A stretch of DNA of 64,000 bases, taken from assembly GCA_963663815.1 (NCBI GenBank), contig OY760734.1; one strand, written 5' to 3'. The translations under genes and the position numbers were made by a program. The notes under the pieces are model-generated. The model was not told the origin of the DNA. It saw nothing but the letters and a program-made list of their open reading frames with translations, and made no database searches. The first letter of the stretch is position 1. Each line of letters begins with the position of its first letter. Shown in pieces: positions 35,558 to 44,666 of this stretch. Origin of the DNA: Vicinamibacterales bacterium. Lineage in GTDB: Bacteria > Acidobacteriota > Vicinamibacteria > Vicinamibacterales > UBA8438.

Positions 35558-36217
35558 ATGGATCTCGTTGGAGTGTGCGGCAGTCCGGTGGGTGCCCTCC
35601 TGGTGACGGTCTGGTTGCTGGCGTGGTGGACGGCCGTCGTCCGGGTCCGCGCGGCTCGGCGCGCTCCGGACGGGCGCCGGCCGGCCGGGGCGGGCTTGCG
35701 CGAGCTGGTTCATGTGCGCAGAGCGGCGGGTCGGTCCGTACGGCTCGACGCGGCTGCGGCCGGGGCGTGTGTGCTGTTGTTGACGTCGGCCGGCGAGGCC
35801 GCGGCCGCGGTGACCCTCGAGGACGTGCGCCGCGCGCCGCGGCTTCAGGAGCTCGGCCCCGCGGTGCCGATGGTCGAGGACGAGGCCCTGGTCGACTGGG
35901 CGACGGACTGGCAGCGGCGCTTCGAACCGCTGTCGCCGCAGTCCATCGACCGTCTGTCGGTGGGTCGTCGCTCGGTGTGGCGCACGGTGGCCGGCGTGGT
36001 GCTCGTCGCGGCCGCGGGCTACGTGGCCTACGAGAGCGTTCGGTGGCACCGGCAGGAAGCCGGCCGCGTGGTCGGGGGCGGCGGCCGGGCGCGCTCGGCC
36101 TGGAACCACGTCGGTCTCGCTGGCGGTCTGACACTGGCGGGCATCACGGGCGGGACAGGCCGCATGATGCTGGGCCCGTGGAGCCGGGTGCGGGTCATCG
36201 AGCAGGGGTATCTGTGA
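35558..36217 (+). CDS. membrane protein, hypothetical
   Basis: GGGGTGGGGG upstream. TM helices ..VGALLVTVWLLAWWTAVV.. and ..WRTVAGVVLVAAAGYVAY.. Confidence 0.5.
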   Translation: MDLVGVCGSPVGALLVTVWLLAWWTAVVRVRAARRAPDGRRPAGAGLRELVHVRRAAGRSVRLDAAAAGACVLLLTSAGEAAAAVTLEDVRRAPRLQELGPAVPMVEDEALVDWATDWQRRFEPLSPQSIDRLSVGRRSVWRTVAGVVLVAAAGYVAYESVRWHRQEAGRVVGGGGRARSAWNHVGLAGGLTLAGITGGTGRMMLGPWSRVRVIEQGYL

Positions 36218-36639
36218 ACAGACGGCGGAAGCCGCCGCGCTTCGAGGTGATCACCCGCGCGGACGGGCGGGAGTACCTCCGGCGCTGGCGCCTGTGGCGC
36301 GGGAGGTTCTTCTCGGTCTACCTCCACCGCTTCATGGCGCCCGACCAGTCCGAATGCGCGCACGACCATCCGTGGCCGTTCGTGTCGCTGGTGCTGTGGG
36401 GCGGCTACGTCGAGGAGGTCTGGCCGGACGGCGGTTCCGCCGCGGCGGAGCGCGTCCGGCGTGGGCTGCTGTCGCTCGCGTCGCGCGACGCGCTGCACTG
36501 CCACCGGGTGGTGGCGTGCCGGCCGGGCCGGACGTGGACGCTGGTCCTGACGGGGCCGCGGCGCAGGCTGTGGGGGTTCCGGACGCGCGCGGGCGGCTGG
36601 GTGCCTGAGGGGAAGTTCGATCCCGCGGTGGACTGCTGA
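36214..36639 (+). CDS. conserved hypothetical protein with HDHPW..H-x-H motifs
   Basis: GTG coupled to the previous stop. ..YLRRWRLWRGRFFSVYLHRFMAPDQSECAHDHPWPFVSLVLWGGYVEE...LHCHRV.. I recall similar small phage/plasmid proteins but no name. Confidence 0.5.
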   Translation: MNRRRKPPRFEVITRADGREYLRRWRLWRGRFFSVYLHRFMAPDQSECAHDHPWPFVSLVLWGGYVEEVWPDGGSAAAERVRRGLLSLASRDALHCHRVVACRPGRTWTLVLTGPRRRLWGFRTRAGGWVPEGKFDPAVDC

Positions 36640-36708
36640 CGGGCTCGGCGCGGATCCGGACGCGGCCGAGGCGGCGTCCGTCGGCGTCGACGGGGAGAGG
36701 TCAACTCG

Positions 36709-36843
36709 ATGGGTACGGCTGTCGAGACGTGCGAGACGGCCCTGGCGGTCGTGCTGGTGGTCGGCTTCCTGTTGGTCGCGCACTTGGTCATGGTGCTGGA
36801 CATGGCTCTGGCTCGCCGGCGACGTCGTGCTCGGCGACGTTGA
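36709..36843 (+). CDS. possible 44-aa single-TM peptide
   Basis: GGAGAGG 7 nt upstream. MGTAVETCETALAVVLVVGFLLVAHLVMVLDMALARRRRRARRR. Below the ORF-track size cut-off. Confidence 0.3.
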   Translation: MGTAVETCETALAVVLVVGFLLVAHLVMVLDMALARRRRRARRR

Positions 36844-36847
36844 GTGG

Positions 36848-36870
36848 GCGCTCGTCGAGCTCGCGAGCGC
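36848..36870. terminator. GC-rich palindrome GCGCTCGtcgagctCGCGAGCGC between convergent genes (bidirectional terminator candidate)
   Basis: Read directly. It sits between the plus-strand stop at 36843 and the minus-strand stop at 36870. Confidence 0.35.
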
Positions 36871-37262
36871 TACGGCATGGGCGTGATGAATCTCAAGATC
36901 GCAAAGGTCAGGGCCGCCGTCGTGAGGACGGTGCCGACCATCCACTTGATGAGGCGGGTCTCGAGGTTCGCGATCTCGGTGCGCACGCCGGCGATGTCCG
37001 TCCGCTGCTCGGCACGCAGGTCGGCGACCTCGGCGCGTTGCTCCGCAACTTGCCCGGCGAGCTCGGCGATCTGCCCCGTCAGCTCAGCCCGCTGCCCGGC
37101 CATCTCGGTCCGTAATTCCGCGAGGCCGGTCTTGAACTGGTCGGACGTGACGTGGTCGCCGCGTTCGGCGGCCAGCCGCACTGCATCAGTGATGGCGTCG
37201 GCCTGCGCCGGTGTGAACTCGGCGTTGGTCAGCGACCGGGCGACGGCGTGCGTGTCGAGCAT
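36870..37262 (-). CDS. DUF1640-family coiled-coil membrane protein
   Basis: MLDTHAVARSLTNAEFTPAQADAITDAV..., coiled coil, then C-terminal TM ..WMVGTVLTTAALTFAILRF.. This is the DUF1640 pattern (FDT..L...GF...QAEAI). Confidence 0.6.
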   Translation of the reverse strand: MLDTHAVARSLTNAEFTPAQADAITDAVRLAAERGDHVTSDQFKTGLAELRTEMAGQRAELTGQIAELAGQVAEQRAEVADLRAEQRTDIAGVRTEIANLETRLIKWMVGTVLTTAALTFAILRFITPMP

Positions 37263-37350
37263 CGATGCCTCTCCAGAGGAGCTGTTCTCAGACGCGCTGT
37301 ACGGGGCTCGGTGCGGTCAAGGTGCCCATTCCGAGGTTCCGGCGAAGACG

Positions 37351-37785
37351 CTACAGGCCGTTCTCGCCGGCCTGAGGGGCTTGTTCGGCTGCGGGTTGCG
37401 AACGGTCCGCGCCCGGGACCGGGACGCAGGCCGGAATGCGGATCGGCGGCGGCGTGGAGACGGACCATCGGACGTCGCGCGCCGTGTGGTCGTGGCATCC
37501 CGGCCGCTGGACGAGCAGGTCGAAGTCGTCGTCCATCGGGGCCATGAGGGTGAAGTGTCCGGCGGGGTCGGTCCAGGCCTCGCTCGGAGCCTCGGGGTGG
37601 GAGCCCTCGATGTAGACGCGGACGAGCGCGACGGCGTCGTCGGGGGCGACGATGCGGGACGTGCCGATGACCTGGACGGGGAGGGTGCTCATGGCAACGA
37701 GGATCATGGCGGCGCTGAAGGGCAGCATCGACAGGCGCACGAGGATCGATACCGCCTTCTGGCTTCTCGGGCTGGTCGTGGTCAT
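37351..37785 (-). CDS. secreted protein with carboxypeptidase-regulatory-like (CarboxypepD_reg) beta-sandwich pattern, tentative
   Basis: GGAGGA 6 nt upstream of the ATG at 37785. Signal ..MLPFSAAMILVAMSTLPVQV.. ..VRVYIEGS...TDPAGHFTL.. Confidence 0.5.
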   Translation of the reverse strand: MTTTSPRSQKAVSILVRLSMLPFSAAMILVAMSTLPVQVIGTSRIVAPDDAVALVRVYIEGSHPEAPSEAWTDPAGHFTLMAPMDDDFDLLVQRPGCHDHTARDVRWSVSTPPPIRIPACVPVPGADRSQPAAEQAPQAGENGL

Positions 37786-38374
37786 CGTCTTCCTCCGGTG
37801 GACGGTTACGCCCGGCGGGTCGAGCCGCCTCGCGGACTTCCTGGCGTGGGTCCAGGGCCAGGGCGCCGTCGGCGCGAACCTCTCGGATTATATGCCGTCG
37901 CGGATCGAGACCGCCGAGCGCATGCTCGAGGTCGCCGGCGTCGGTCCGGACCAGGTGTTCCTGGACATCGGCTCGGGCGACGGCCGCCTCGTCGTGCTCG
38001 CGGCCCGCGCGGGGGCGGAGGCCATCGGCATCGACCGGCAGGAGCTCCTCGTCGAGCGCGCCCGCGACAACGCGGCGATGGCGGGGGTGGCGGACCGCGC
38101 GCGGTTCGTGCACGCCGACGCGCTCGACGTCCCCTCGATCGTCGAGCGCGCCGACGTCGTCGCGGTGTTCCTGACCATCGCGGGGCTGACGGTGGTCGGG
38201 CCGTACCTGGCCGAGGTGTTGCGCCCGGGCACGGTCGTCGTCTCGAACACGTTCGCGGTCCCGGGGTGGCGGCCGGAGTCGGTGACGATGGTGGAGGTCG
38301 ACCGGCGCTGGGGCCGGACCCCGGTGTACCGCTACCGGGTGCCGGAGGCCTTCGCCGGGAACGCGGGGGACTGA
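37691..38374 (+). CDS. class I SAM-dependent methyltransferase with N-terminal TM helix
   Basis: GGAGGG 7 nt upstream of the ATG at 37691. ..VFLDIGSGDGRLVVLAARAGAEAIGIDR.. (motif I) ..RFVHADAL.. Confidence 0.7.
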   Translation: MATRIMAALKGSIDRRTRIDTAFWLLGLVVVIVFLRWTVTPGGSSRLADFLAWVQGQGAVGANLSDYMPSRIETAERMLEVAGVGPDQVFLDIGSGDGRLVVLAARAGAEAIGIDRQELLVERARDNAAMAGVADRARFVHADALDVPSIVERADVVAVFLTIAGLTVVGPYLAEVLRPGTVVVSNTFAVPGWRPESVTMVEVDRRWGRTPVYRYRVPEAFAGNAGD

Positions 38375-38376
38375 GG

Positions 38377-40110
38377 GTGGCGTCAGAGGGCCGGGTCCTG
38401 GTCGTGGTGGAGTCGCCGGCGAAGTGCCGGACGATCCAGCAGTACCTCGGGTCGTCGTACGTCGTGCAGGCGAGCCTCGGGCACGTCCGGGACCTGCCCG
38501 CGAAGGGGAAGCGTGGCGGGCCGTGGGAGGAGCTCCCCGGTCTCGATCCGGAGAACGGCTGGGCGGCGCGTTGGGAGGTCCTCGACGGGAAGCGCGACAC
38601 GGTCGCGCGGCTGAAGAAGCTGGCCGGGCGCACGCGCGTCGTGGTGCTGGCGACGGACCAGGACCGCGAGGGCGAGGCCATCGCCTGGCATCTCTGCGAG
38701 CTCCTGGGCGGCAGGCGGGAACGGTTCCGGCGGGTGACCTTCAACGAGATCACGCGGTCAGCGATCGAGCGGGCGTTCGCGCGGCCGCGGCGCATCGACG
38801 GGCGGCTGGTCGACGCGCAGAACGCGCGGCGCTTCCTGGACCGGGTGGTGGGCTACCGGGTGAGCCCGCACCTGGGCCGCCGGCTGGGCGCGGGGCTGTC
38901 GGCGGGGCGGGTGCAGTCTCCGGCGCTCCGGCTCGTGGTCGAGCGGGAGCGGGAGATCCAGGCGTTCAAGCCGCAGGCGTACTGGGAGGTGGTCGTGGCC
39001 GCGCGGTCGTCGGACGGAGAGCTCGTCGAGTTCGAAGTGGTCGACGGAGACGGGTCCGCCGCGGCCCCGCGCGGGGGCCGAGACCGGGCGCTGCGGTTCC
39101 TGGAGGAGGCGGCGGCGTCGCGGGTGGTGGAGCGGGTCCGCGAGGCCGGCCGCGTGGCGGTGCGTTCCGTGCGGTCGGCCGAGGAGGTCCGGAAGCCGCC
39201 GGCGCCGTTCACGACGTCGACGCTGCAGCAGGCCGCGTCCGCCCGGCTCAAGCTCGGCGTCGCGGAGACGATGGAGGTGGCGCAGAAGCTGTACGAGGCG
39301 GGCCGGATCACCTACATGCGGACGGACTCGACGGCGTTGTCGGCCGAGGCGGTCGAGGCGCTGCGCGGGGAGATCGCCGCGAAGTGGGGCGAGGAGGCGT
39401 TGCCGCCGGGCCCGGTCGCGCATGCGTCGGCCGCGCAGGCGCAGGAGGCCCACGAGGCCATCCGGCCGGCGGACGTGACGCGGTGCGTCGCCGGCGAGAG
39501 CGACGTCGCGGAGCGGGTCTACGACCTGGTCCGCCGTCGGGCGCTCGCCTCCCAGATGAGCGACGTCGTGCTGCGCCGCACTCGCGTCGGGGCGGAGTCC
39601 GCTGGTGTTGGCCTTCGGACGCGCGGAACCGTGGTGGTCCGCTCGGGGTGGTACGCGGCGTGGCCGCCGGACGAAGAGGAAGAACGGCTGCTGCCGCCGA
39701 TCGGGGAGGGCGACGAGATGGTGGTCGAGGCCGTGAGGTCGGTGCGGAAGCGCACGAAGGCCCCGAAGCACTTCACGGAGGCGTCGCTGGTGCGCGAGCT
39801 CGAGAAGCGGGGGATCGGCCGGCCGTCGACGTACGCGGCGACGCTGAAGACACTGGCCCTCCGCGAGTACGTGGTCGCCCGTCGGCGCGACCTGCTGGCG
39901 ACGGAGAAGGGGTGCTCGGTCGTGGACTGGCTCGGACGGGCCTTCCCCGAGCTGCTCGACTACGGCTTCACGGCGCGCCTCGAGGAGCAGCTCGACCGGA
40001 TAGCGGCGGGCGGCGCGGACTGGAAGCGGCTGCTGGACGTCTTCGACAGCGAGCTGCGGAAGCGGCTGTCGGCCGCGCCGGGCGAGGCGGCCGAGGGAGT
40101 GGGAGCATGA
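38377..40110 (+). CDS. type IA DNA topoisomerase (short TopA/TopB-like, no Zn-finger tail)
   Basis: GTG at 38377. ..LVVVESPAKCRTIQQYLG..LGHVRDLP..VLATDQDREGEAIAWH..AQNARRFLDRVVGYRVSP..GRVQSPALRLVVERE..ITYMRTDS.. The 1088-aa track ORF is an upstream read-through. Confidence 0.9.
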   Translation: MASEGRVLVVVESPAKCRTIQQYLGSSYVVQASLGHVRDLPAKGKRGGPWEELPGLDPENGWAARWEVLDGKRDTVARLKKLAGRTRVVVLATDQDREGEAIAWHLCELLGGRRERFRRVTFNEITRSAIERAFARPRRIDGRLVDAQNARRFLDRVVGYRVSPHLGRRLGAGLSAGRVQSPALRLVVEREREIQAFKPQAYWEVVVAARSSDGELVEFEVVDGDGSAAAPRGGRDRALRFLEEAAASRVVERVREAGRVAVRSVRSAEEVRKPPAPFTTSTLQQAASARLKLGVAETMEVAQKLYEAGRITYMRTDSTALSAEAVEALRGEIAAKWGEEALPPGPVAHASAAQAQEAHEAIRPADVTRCVAGESDVAERVYDLVRRRALASQMSDVVLRRTRVGAESAGVGLRTRGTVVVRSGWYAAWPPDEEEERLLPPIGEGDEMVVEAVRSVRKRTKAPKHFTEASLVRELEKRGIGRPSTYAATLKTLALREYVVARRRDLLATEKGCSVVDWLGRAFPELLDYGFTARLEEQLDRIAAGGADWKRLLDVFDSELRKRLSAAPGEAAEGVGA

Positions 40111-40712
40111 CGGGCGGAGAGAAGGTCGTGGGTCGCATCGCGGTGTTCGTGGTGATGGGCGTCATCCTGTTCATGGGGGTGCGGTACGTGAGGTCGGAGG
40201 GAGCCTCGGCGCCCGAGCTGTTTGCCCGGGCAGCCGGTGTTCCCGCGGACCCGTGCGCGCTCGATGGCGTCGAGTGTCCGGACCTGCCGGACGGGGGACA
40301 GGCGTACGTCGGGGTCTTCGACGCGGCCGACGTCCAGGGCCGGTTCTCGGGGCTGTGGATCGGCATGTCGTGCCTGCGGGGCGCCTGGGCCGTGGAGTTC
40401 GGGGCGGACGGGCTCGAGCGTGCGCTGCCGGGCCCGGTGGAGGTCTCCTGGGGCTGGTCGGGGATGGCGCCGGAGGACGCGCTGCTCGTCCAGTGGCGCC
40501 TCGAGGCGGGACGGGTGCTGACCGACCAGGGGCACCACGTCGTGAAGGAGCTCGCGGAGCGGTCGCTCTACGCGCGGGTGCTCGACGCGCTGGACGTGAA
40601 CGTCTTCCTCGCGCAGATCTCATCGAGGGAGGGTGAGGTACTCGTGCAGGGCGCGTTCGATCTGCGCCGCCTGCGCCGCTACGTGGCCACCGTGGGCGAG
40701 GTCTGTGTGTAG
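40107..40712 (+). CDS. membrane-anchored hypothetical protein
   Basis: Coupled ATG at 40107. ..VGRIAVFVVMGVILFMGV.. TM, then a soluble domain. Confidence 0.5.
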   Translation: MTGGEKVVGRIAVFVVMGVILFMGVRYVRSEGASAPELFARAAGVPADPCALDGVECPDLPDGGQAYVGVFDAADVQGRFSGLWIGMSCLRGAWAVEFGADGLERALPGPVEVSWGWSGMAPEDALLVQWRLEAGRVLTDQGHHVVKELAERSLYARVLDALDVNVFLAQISSREGEVLVQGAFDLRRLRRYVATVGEVCV

Positions 40713-40796
40713 GCGGGCCGTTCGGAAGGGATCTCCACCGCGCCTTCGCGGCCCGGTGTTGGAGCGGGCATCGTCACTCAACGAGGTGGAGGAATC

Positions 40797-41170
40797 GTGA
40801 AACCCATGACCGCCGCAATCGTAGCCGCCGTCGCGATGGCGTGTGCGCCCGCTGCCCAGGTTTCGATCCCGACCGTCGGCAATCTCGAAGCGGTGCGGGA
40901 CGGTCGTTGGCTTCGCCCTGTCCTGCGACGGCGCACGCCCGCTGATGACCGTGTACCTGGGACCGTTCCCGGCGCGACTCCAGGCCCTGCAGCTGACGAC
41001 TCGCACCTCCGTCGGCGCGGTGACCCGATTCGGGGAGGCGTTCCGCGCTGACGCCGCGAGCGGGTTCCACAGCCCCCGGCTCGCGGGTGACGACCTCGAC
41101 GGGTTCCTGCAGGCGGTGATCGAGCCCGGAACCCTCGTCTCGAACGGATACCGCTCCTATCGGGAATCGG
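40797..41170 (+). pseudogene. remnant of a secreted-protein gene: one frameshift near 40905 and 3' end lost at the IS remnant
   Basis: Frame A: MKPMTAAIVAAVAMACAPAAQVSIPTVGNLEAVRDGRW. Frame B continues VGFALSCDGARPLMTVYLGPFPARLQALQL..GTLVSNGY. After about 41170 the open frame is only the antisense of the transposase. Confidence 0.3.
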
Positions 41171-41986
41171 TAGGGTCCTTTTGCGAGATGGTGGCGATAG
41201 CGCGTTCGGCGTCCGCAGTTCGCACGGGTCCGCTCTCCCAGGCCTGGTCGTTCTTCCGATACGGCCTGGACCGCGTCAGCTCGATGCCGTGCTCCTGGCA
41301 GAAGCCGATCAACACCTCGTTGAGAAACTCGCTGCCGTTGTCCGAGTCGATCCCCCGCAACGGAAACGGAAGGGCGCCGCGGAGCCGATCCACCGCGTCG
41401 ACCACGACGCCTGCTCCACGCACGAGCAGCGGTACGCATTCCGTCCAGCCGCTGGCGATATCGGTCAGCACCAGCGTCCAGACGAAGCTGCCAGCCATCG
41501 ACGATCCACACCACGAAGCCCGGTACCGGATCCTGCCAATCGCCGAACGTGCACACCGGAACCCTGCCCCGTACGCGGTCGCCCCCGGAACGACGGTGCC
41601 GACCCTGACCGGCCGTCACCGCCCTCGCGGACGCCAAGCGGCGGTCGATCGTGGCGGCGCTCACCGCCATCAGTTGCTCGCGCACCCGCGGGTCCAGGGT
41701 CACGTGCCCGTGCCGCTCGAGTGCCGGCACCAGGGTCGGCAGCAGCGCCTTCAGGCGCTTCCCGCACACGCGGTCCGATGCCTCCCACAGCACGACCGGC
41801 CCCTCCGTCACGGCCTCGTCGTACACAGACCGGCGCCCCCCGCCGTACTGCCGGCATTGCCGAGCTTCCGTTCAGGACTCGGATGGCGTGCTTGCGGTGG
41901 TACCCGGTGAGCGCGACGAACTCGTCCAGGATCCGCCCCCTCTGGGCTGGCGTGCTCCGCTGATACCGCTCCGTCACCGCCGTCAC
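41157..41986 (-). pseudogene. decayed DDE (rve-type) transposase: N-terminal HTH, middle and DDE core lie in three different frames, 3' end missing
   Basis: Frames read ..ILDEFVALTGYHRKHAIRVL.. / ..VVLWEASDRVCGKRLKALLPTLVPALERHGHVTL..MAVSAATIDRRL..CTFGDWQDPVPGFV.. / ..LVLTDIASGWTECVPL..GIDSDNGSEFLNEVLIGFCQEHGIELTRSRPYRKNDQAW.. Confidence 0.7.
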
Positions 41987-42008
41987 CCACTCCTGCCGCG
42001 CTTGCGGA

Positions 42009-42389
42009 CTTGATCGCCGACATCGTGCCCTCCCTTCGGTAGCAGGCCGGTCGCTGGGTCAGGTCGTCGCCGTGCTCGACGCTTTCGCCAAGGCAAGCGT
42101 CGCCTTCGTGGCCCTGGAGGCAACATCCGCGTCGCGGGCAAGCGCGACATCCAGACCCAAAGGTCATGACGACGGCTCTTGGCGCTGTTCGCCGAGGTCG
42201 AGCGCGAGCTGATCTCCGAGCGCGCCCGCGAGGGCCTCGCCCGGGCGAGGTCGGAAGCTCGGTCGCCCGAAGGACTCACTGGGCGTCTCACGGCTCGACG
42301 GCAAGGAGGACGAGATCCGGGGCGCTTCCTCGATCTGGAACGTCTCCAAGACCGCCATCGCCAAGTTGTGGTCGCACTCCCAGAGGTGA
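42009..42389 (+). pseudogene. serine recombinase (resolvase/invertase) remnant 1: catalytic N-terminus missing, at least 2 frameshifts
   Basis: ..SLGQVVAVLDAFAKASVAFVALE.. / ..LFAEVERELISERAREGLARAR.. / ..GRKLGRPKDSLG..VSKTAIAKL.. are read in different frames. Confidence 0.6.
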
Positions 42390-42433
42390 CTATACACTTG
42401 ACACCGCTTGACGCGGGCGGCTACCGTGCGCGG

Positions 42434-42868
42434 ATGATTGATGGCGGATTCCTCCTGGGTCTTGTCAGATCAGCCGTTCAGATGTGGAAGAGGGTGCGTA
42501 TGGCCCTCCCCTTTTCGCAGGAACGGAAGGCCATGTGGCACATCCAGGGGCACTGTGACGACATCGAGTACCTGCTCAGGGAGGACGACCCTTTTCTGTT
42601 CCAGATTAAGTTGAGAGACGTTTATCCACAACTCGAGCGCTATGGCGTCACCATGCCTAGAATCGACCCGGTACCTCAGAACGAGGACGACAACACCATA
42701 TGGGTTGAGTGGCACACGTTGTTCTTGAAATTGCTAGAAAGGGAAATTCGGAATGAAACTTTCAACCTTATGCAATGGAATCACACGGTGAAGGCTAACG
42801 ACACCTACAACGGTCGGATCAGAGCAAAACAGCGAAACACCTATGCGACGCGGTTGGTCAGGAAGTAG
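42434..42868 (+). CDS. hypothetical protein (144 aa), first gene of the low-GC cassette
   Basis: ORF in a region of clearly lower GC. ..HIQGHCDDIEYLLREDDPFLFQIKLRDVYPQLERYG..WVEWHTLFLKLLEREIRNETF.. No family recognised. Start uncertain (several in-frame Met). Confidence 0.5.
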   Translation: MIDGGFLLGLVRSAVQMWKRVRMALPFSQERKAMWHIQGHCDDIEYLLREDDPFLFQIKLRDVYPQLERYGVTMPRIDPVPQNEDDNTIWVEWHTLFLKLLEREIRNETFNLMQWNHTVKANDTYNGRIRAKQRNTYATRLVRK

Positions 42869-42873
42869 GGCAC

Positions 42874-43506
42874 ATGGACGGCGAACCGGAGATTTGGCTG
42901 AGAGTGGGCTCGCGCGTGATTCGAGTTTTGAATCCCCGAAGGCCCAGTTTTTTGGCGGAGAATGCAGAGTCTATTTTCGCGATAGGCATGTTTTGGATAA
43001 TATTTGGAGCTGTGTTCTTCAGCGCGACCGACTGGACGGTCACGACAACGATTGTGGGCTTGTGCTTTTCCGTCGTCCTGGCTCGATTGTTCGTGTGGCA
43101 ACAACTGCATGTGCCGTTTTTTTTCCAGGACCGAGATCATTCCACCAGGCGGCCGGCCTTGTATTTGACCTATTCAATCTACTCTGACGGCGTCAGAATT
43201 TCCGAAGCGGAGCATGGTCGCCAGCCCGTCGGTATACGTCCAGAATTAGCCAGAGCGCTCTGGGTTATGTCCACGCTGTTGGTACTGATGTTCTCGTTCG
43301 CCACTAAACCAGACCTGTTCAAGCTGGAGGTCTTCGGGCGACTCGGGTTTCTAGGCGCCCAGCTACTATTTGGCGTAACTCTGATCTTTGGAGTCATCGC
43401 ACTGCGCTTTCTTTCCGTATTTCTCATACCGGACCGGTCTGGCGTATTCCGTAATCTGATAACTGAACTACGGGAACTCGTTGCCAGACGCAAAAGGACA
43501 CCCTGA
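42874..43506 (+). CDS. membrane protein (about 4 TM), second gene of the low-GC cassette
   Basis: ..IFAIGMFWIIFGAVFFSATDW..TTTIVGLCFSVVLARLFVW.. and ..ALWVMSTLLVLMFSFA..LGAQLLFGVTLIFGVIALRFLSVFL.. Lies 5 nt after the previous stop. Confidence 0.6.
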   Translation: MDGEPEIWLRVGSRVIRVLNPRRPSFLAENAESIFAIGMFWIIFGAVFFSATDWTVTTTIVGLCFSVVLARLFVWQQLHVPFFFQDRDHSTRRPALYLTYSIYSDGVRISEAEHGRQPVGIRPELARALWVMSTLLVLMFSFATKPDLFKLEVFGRLGFLGAQLLFGVTLIFGVIALRFLSVFLIPDRSGVFRNLITELRELVARRKRTP

Positions 43507-43566
43507 CGAGCTTGAGAGTAGTCCCTGTCTCGCAAGAAAGGGCAACGAAATGGGATAGAGGTAAAG

Positions 43567-44328
43567 ATGTACAAAGAACACCCGCTACTCAAACCACCAA
43601 GCGACAGCGCGTCCCTTTGGAGGTACATGAGCTTCCCAAAGTTTGTGTCGCTACTAGAGAGGAGGGCGCTCTTCTTCTGCGCGCCCGAGGTGCTTGGTGA
43701 CCCGTTTGAGGGTTCAATATCAAGAGCAACACCCGCATTGACAGCAACAGTAGCCGACTCGAACCTTCGGATCGCGGATAGGAAACCGGCCAAAACAGTT
43801 GAAATCGATTTGCGGGATGTAACTAGGCATGTACGAGTGAGTTGCTGGTACAAGAACACACACGAATCGGTGGCAATGTGGAATCTGTATGCACGCGAGG
43901 AGCTTGGACTCGCCATCAGAACGCGCTTTGAAGATCTGAAGGACGCACTGATCGGCGCACAAGAAGTGTCAGTGACAGAGGTTGTGTACTATGACTACGA
44001 GACGGAACCCCTTGCATTCAGTAATCCAATGGTGCTGCTGACGCAGAAGCGGAAGAGCTTCGAGCACGAACGAGAAGTGAGAGCATTGCTGCTGGACGAG
44101 AGTGAGGACGCAACGAGAAGTCGGGGCTGCTACTGCGAGGTAGATCTTGACAAGCTGATCAAAGAGATTTACGTCGCTCCGTCCAGTGAACGATGGTGCG
44201 TCGAACTGGTGCAAGCCGTTGCAAAGCGGTACAATCTGGAAGATCGGATTCATCCGTCAAAACTGGGAGGCGAGCCCATATTTACAGCACGGATCCTAAT
44301 TCCCGAGACAAGAACCAGTGCAAAATAG
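43567..44328 (+). CDS. DUF2971-family protein, third gene of the low-GC cassette
   Basis: GAGGT upstream. ..SLWRYMSFPKFVSLLERRALFFCAPEVLGDPFEG.. matches the DUF2971 N-terminal pattern (Y-x-s....L....L-x-f-s....-DP-x-E) as I remember it. Confidence 0.6.
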   Translation: MYKEHPLLKPPSDSASLWRYMSFPKFVSLLERRALFFCAPEVLGDPFEGSISRATPALTATVADSNLRIADRKPAKTVEIDLRDVTRHVRVSCWYKNTHESVAMWNLYAREELGLAIRTRFEDLKDALIGAQEVSVTEVVYYDYETEPLAFSNPMVLLTQKRKSFEHEREVRALLLDESEDATRSRGCYCEVDLDKLIKEIYVAPSSERWCVELVQAVAKRYNLEDRIHPSKLGGEPIFTARILIPETRTSAK

Positions 44329-44666
44329 GGTACCGACCAGATCCGTGCTGAAATGCACCCCAAGGGTTCAACTCACGCCCTCGGGTGCTTGCGAGCCGGC
44401 CTCCGGGGCGCAGGATACCGCTAGAGCGGCGGCGAGACCGGTGCGGCTCGGTCAGGAACAAACGAGCGTTCTAACCGAACAGTCTCGGTTCGATCTCACT
44501 CTCCCTACGAGACTCGGATGCCGACAAGGGAGTCGGGCTCGACAAGGGTGACCGTCCTGATGGTCGTGGGTCAAGTCGATGGCTACCGAATCTGTTTTCG
44601 CTTGGAGGCCTTGTGAGTGGGTGGCGCGAACCCGGCCCCTCATGTCCGGGCTGCCGGACGCCCACT

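Noticed and set aside
36844-38376. The N-terminal 511 codons of the 1088-aa track ORF 36844..40110.
   Set aside because: This part is only an open upstream read-through that crosses three better-supported genes on both strands. The topoisomerase homology (VVVESPAK..) starts at the GTG at 38377.
40843-41910. The 355-aa plus-strand ORF spanning the transposase region.
   Set aside because: Beyond about 41170 it is merely the antisense of recognisable transposase segments. Only its first approx 110 codons look like genuine (remnant) coding sequence.
44565-44580. The 16-nt identity TGGGTCAAGTCGATGG shared between 44565-44580 and 63717-63732, considered as ends of a mobile element or a shared RNA motif.
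   Set aside because: A single 16-mer match between two sites in 64 kb (both strands) is about what chance predicts, and the similarity does not extend convincingly beyond about 20 nt.
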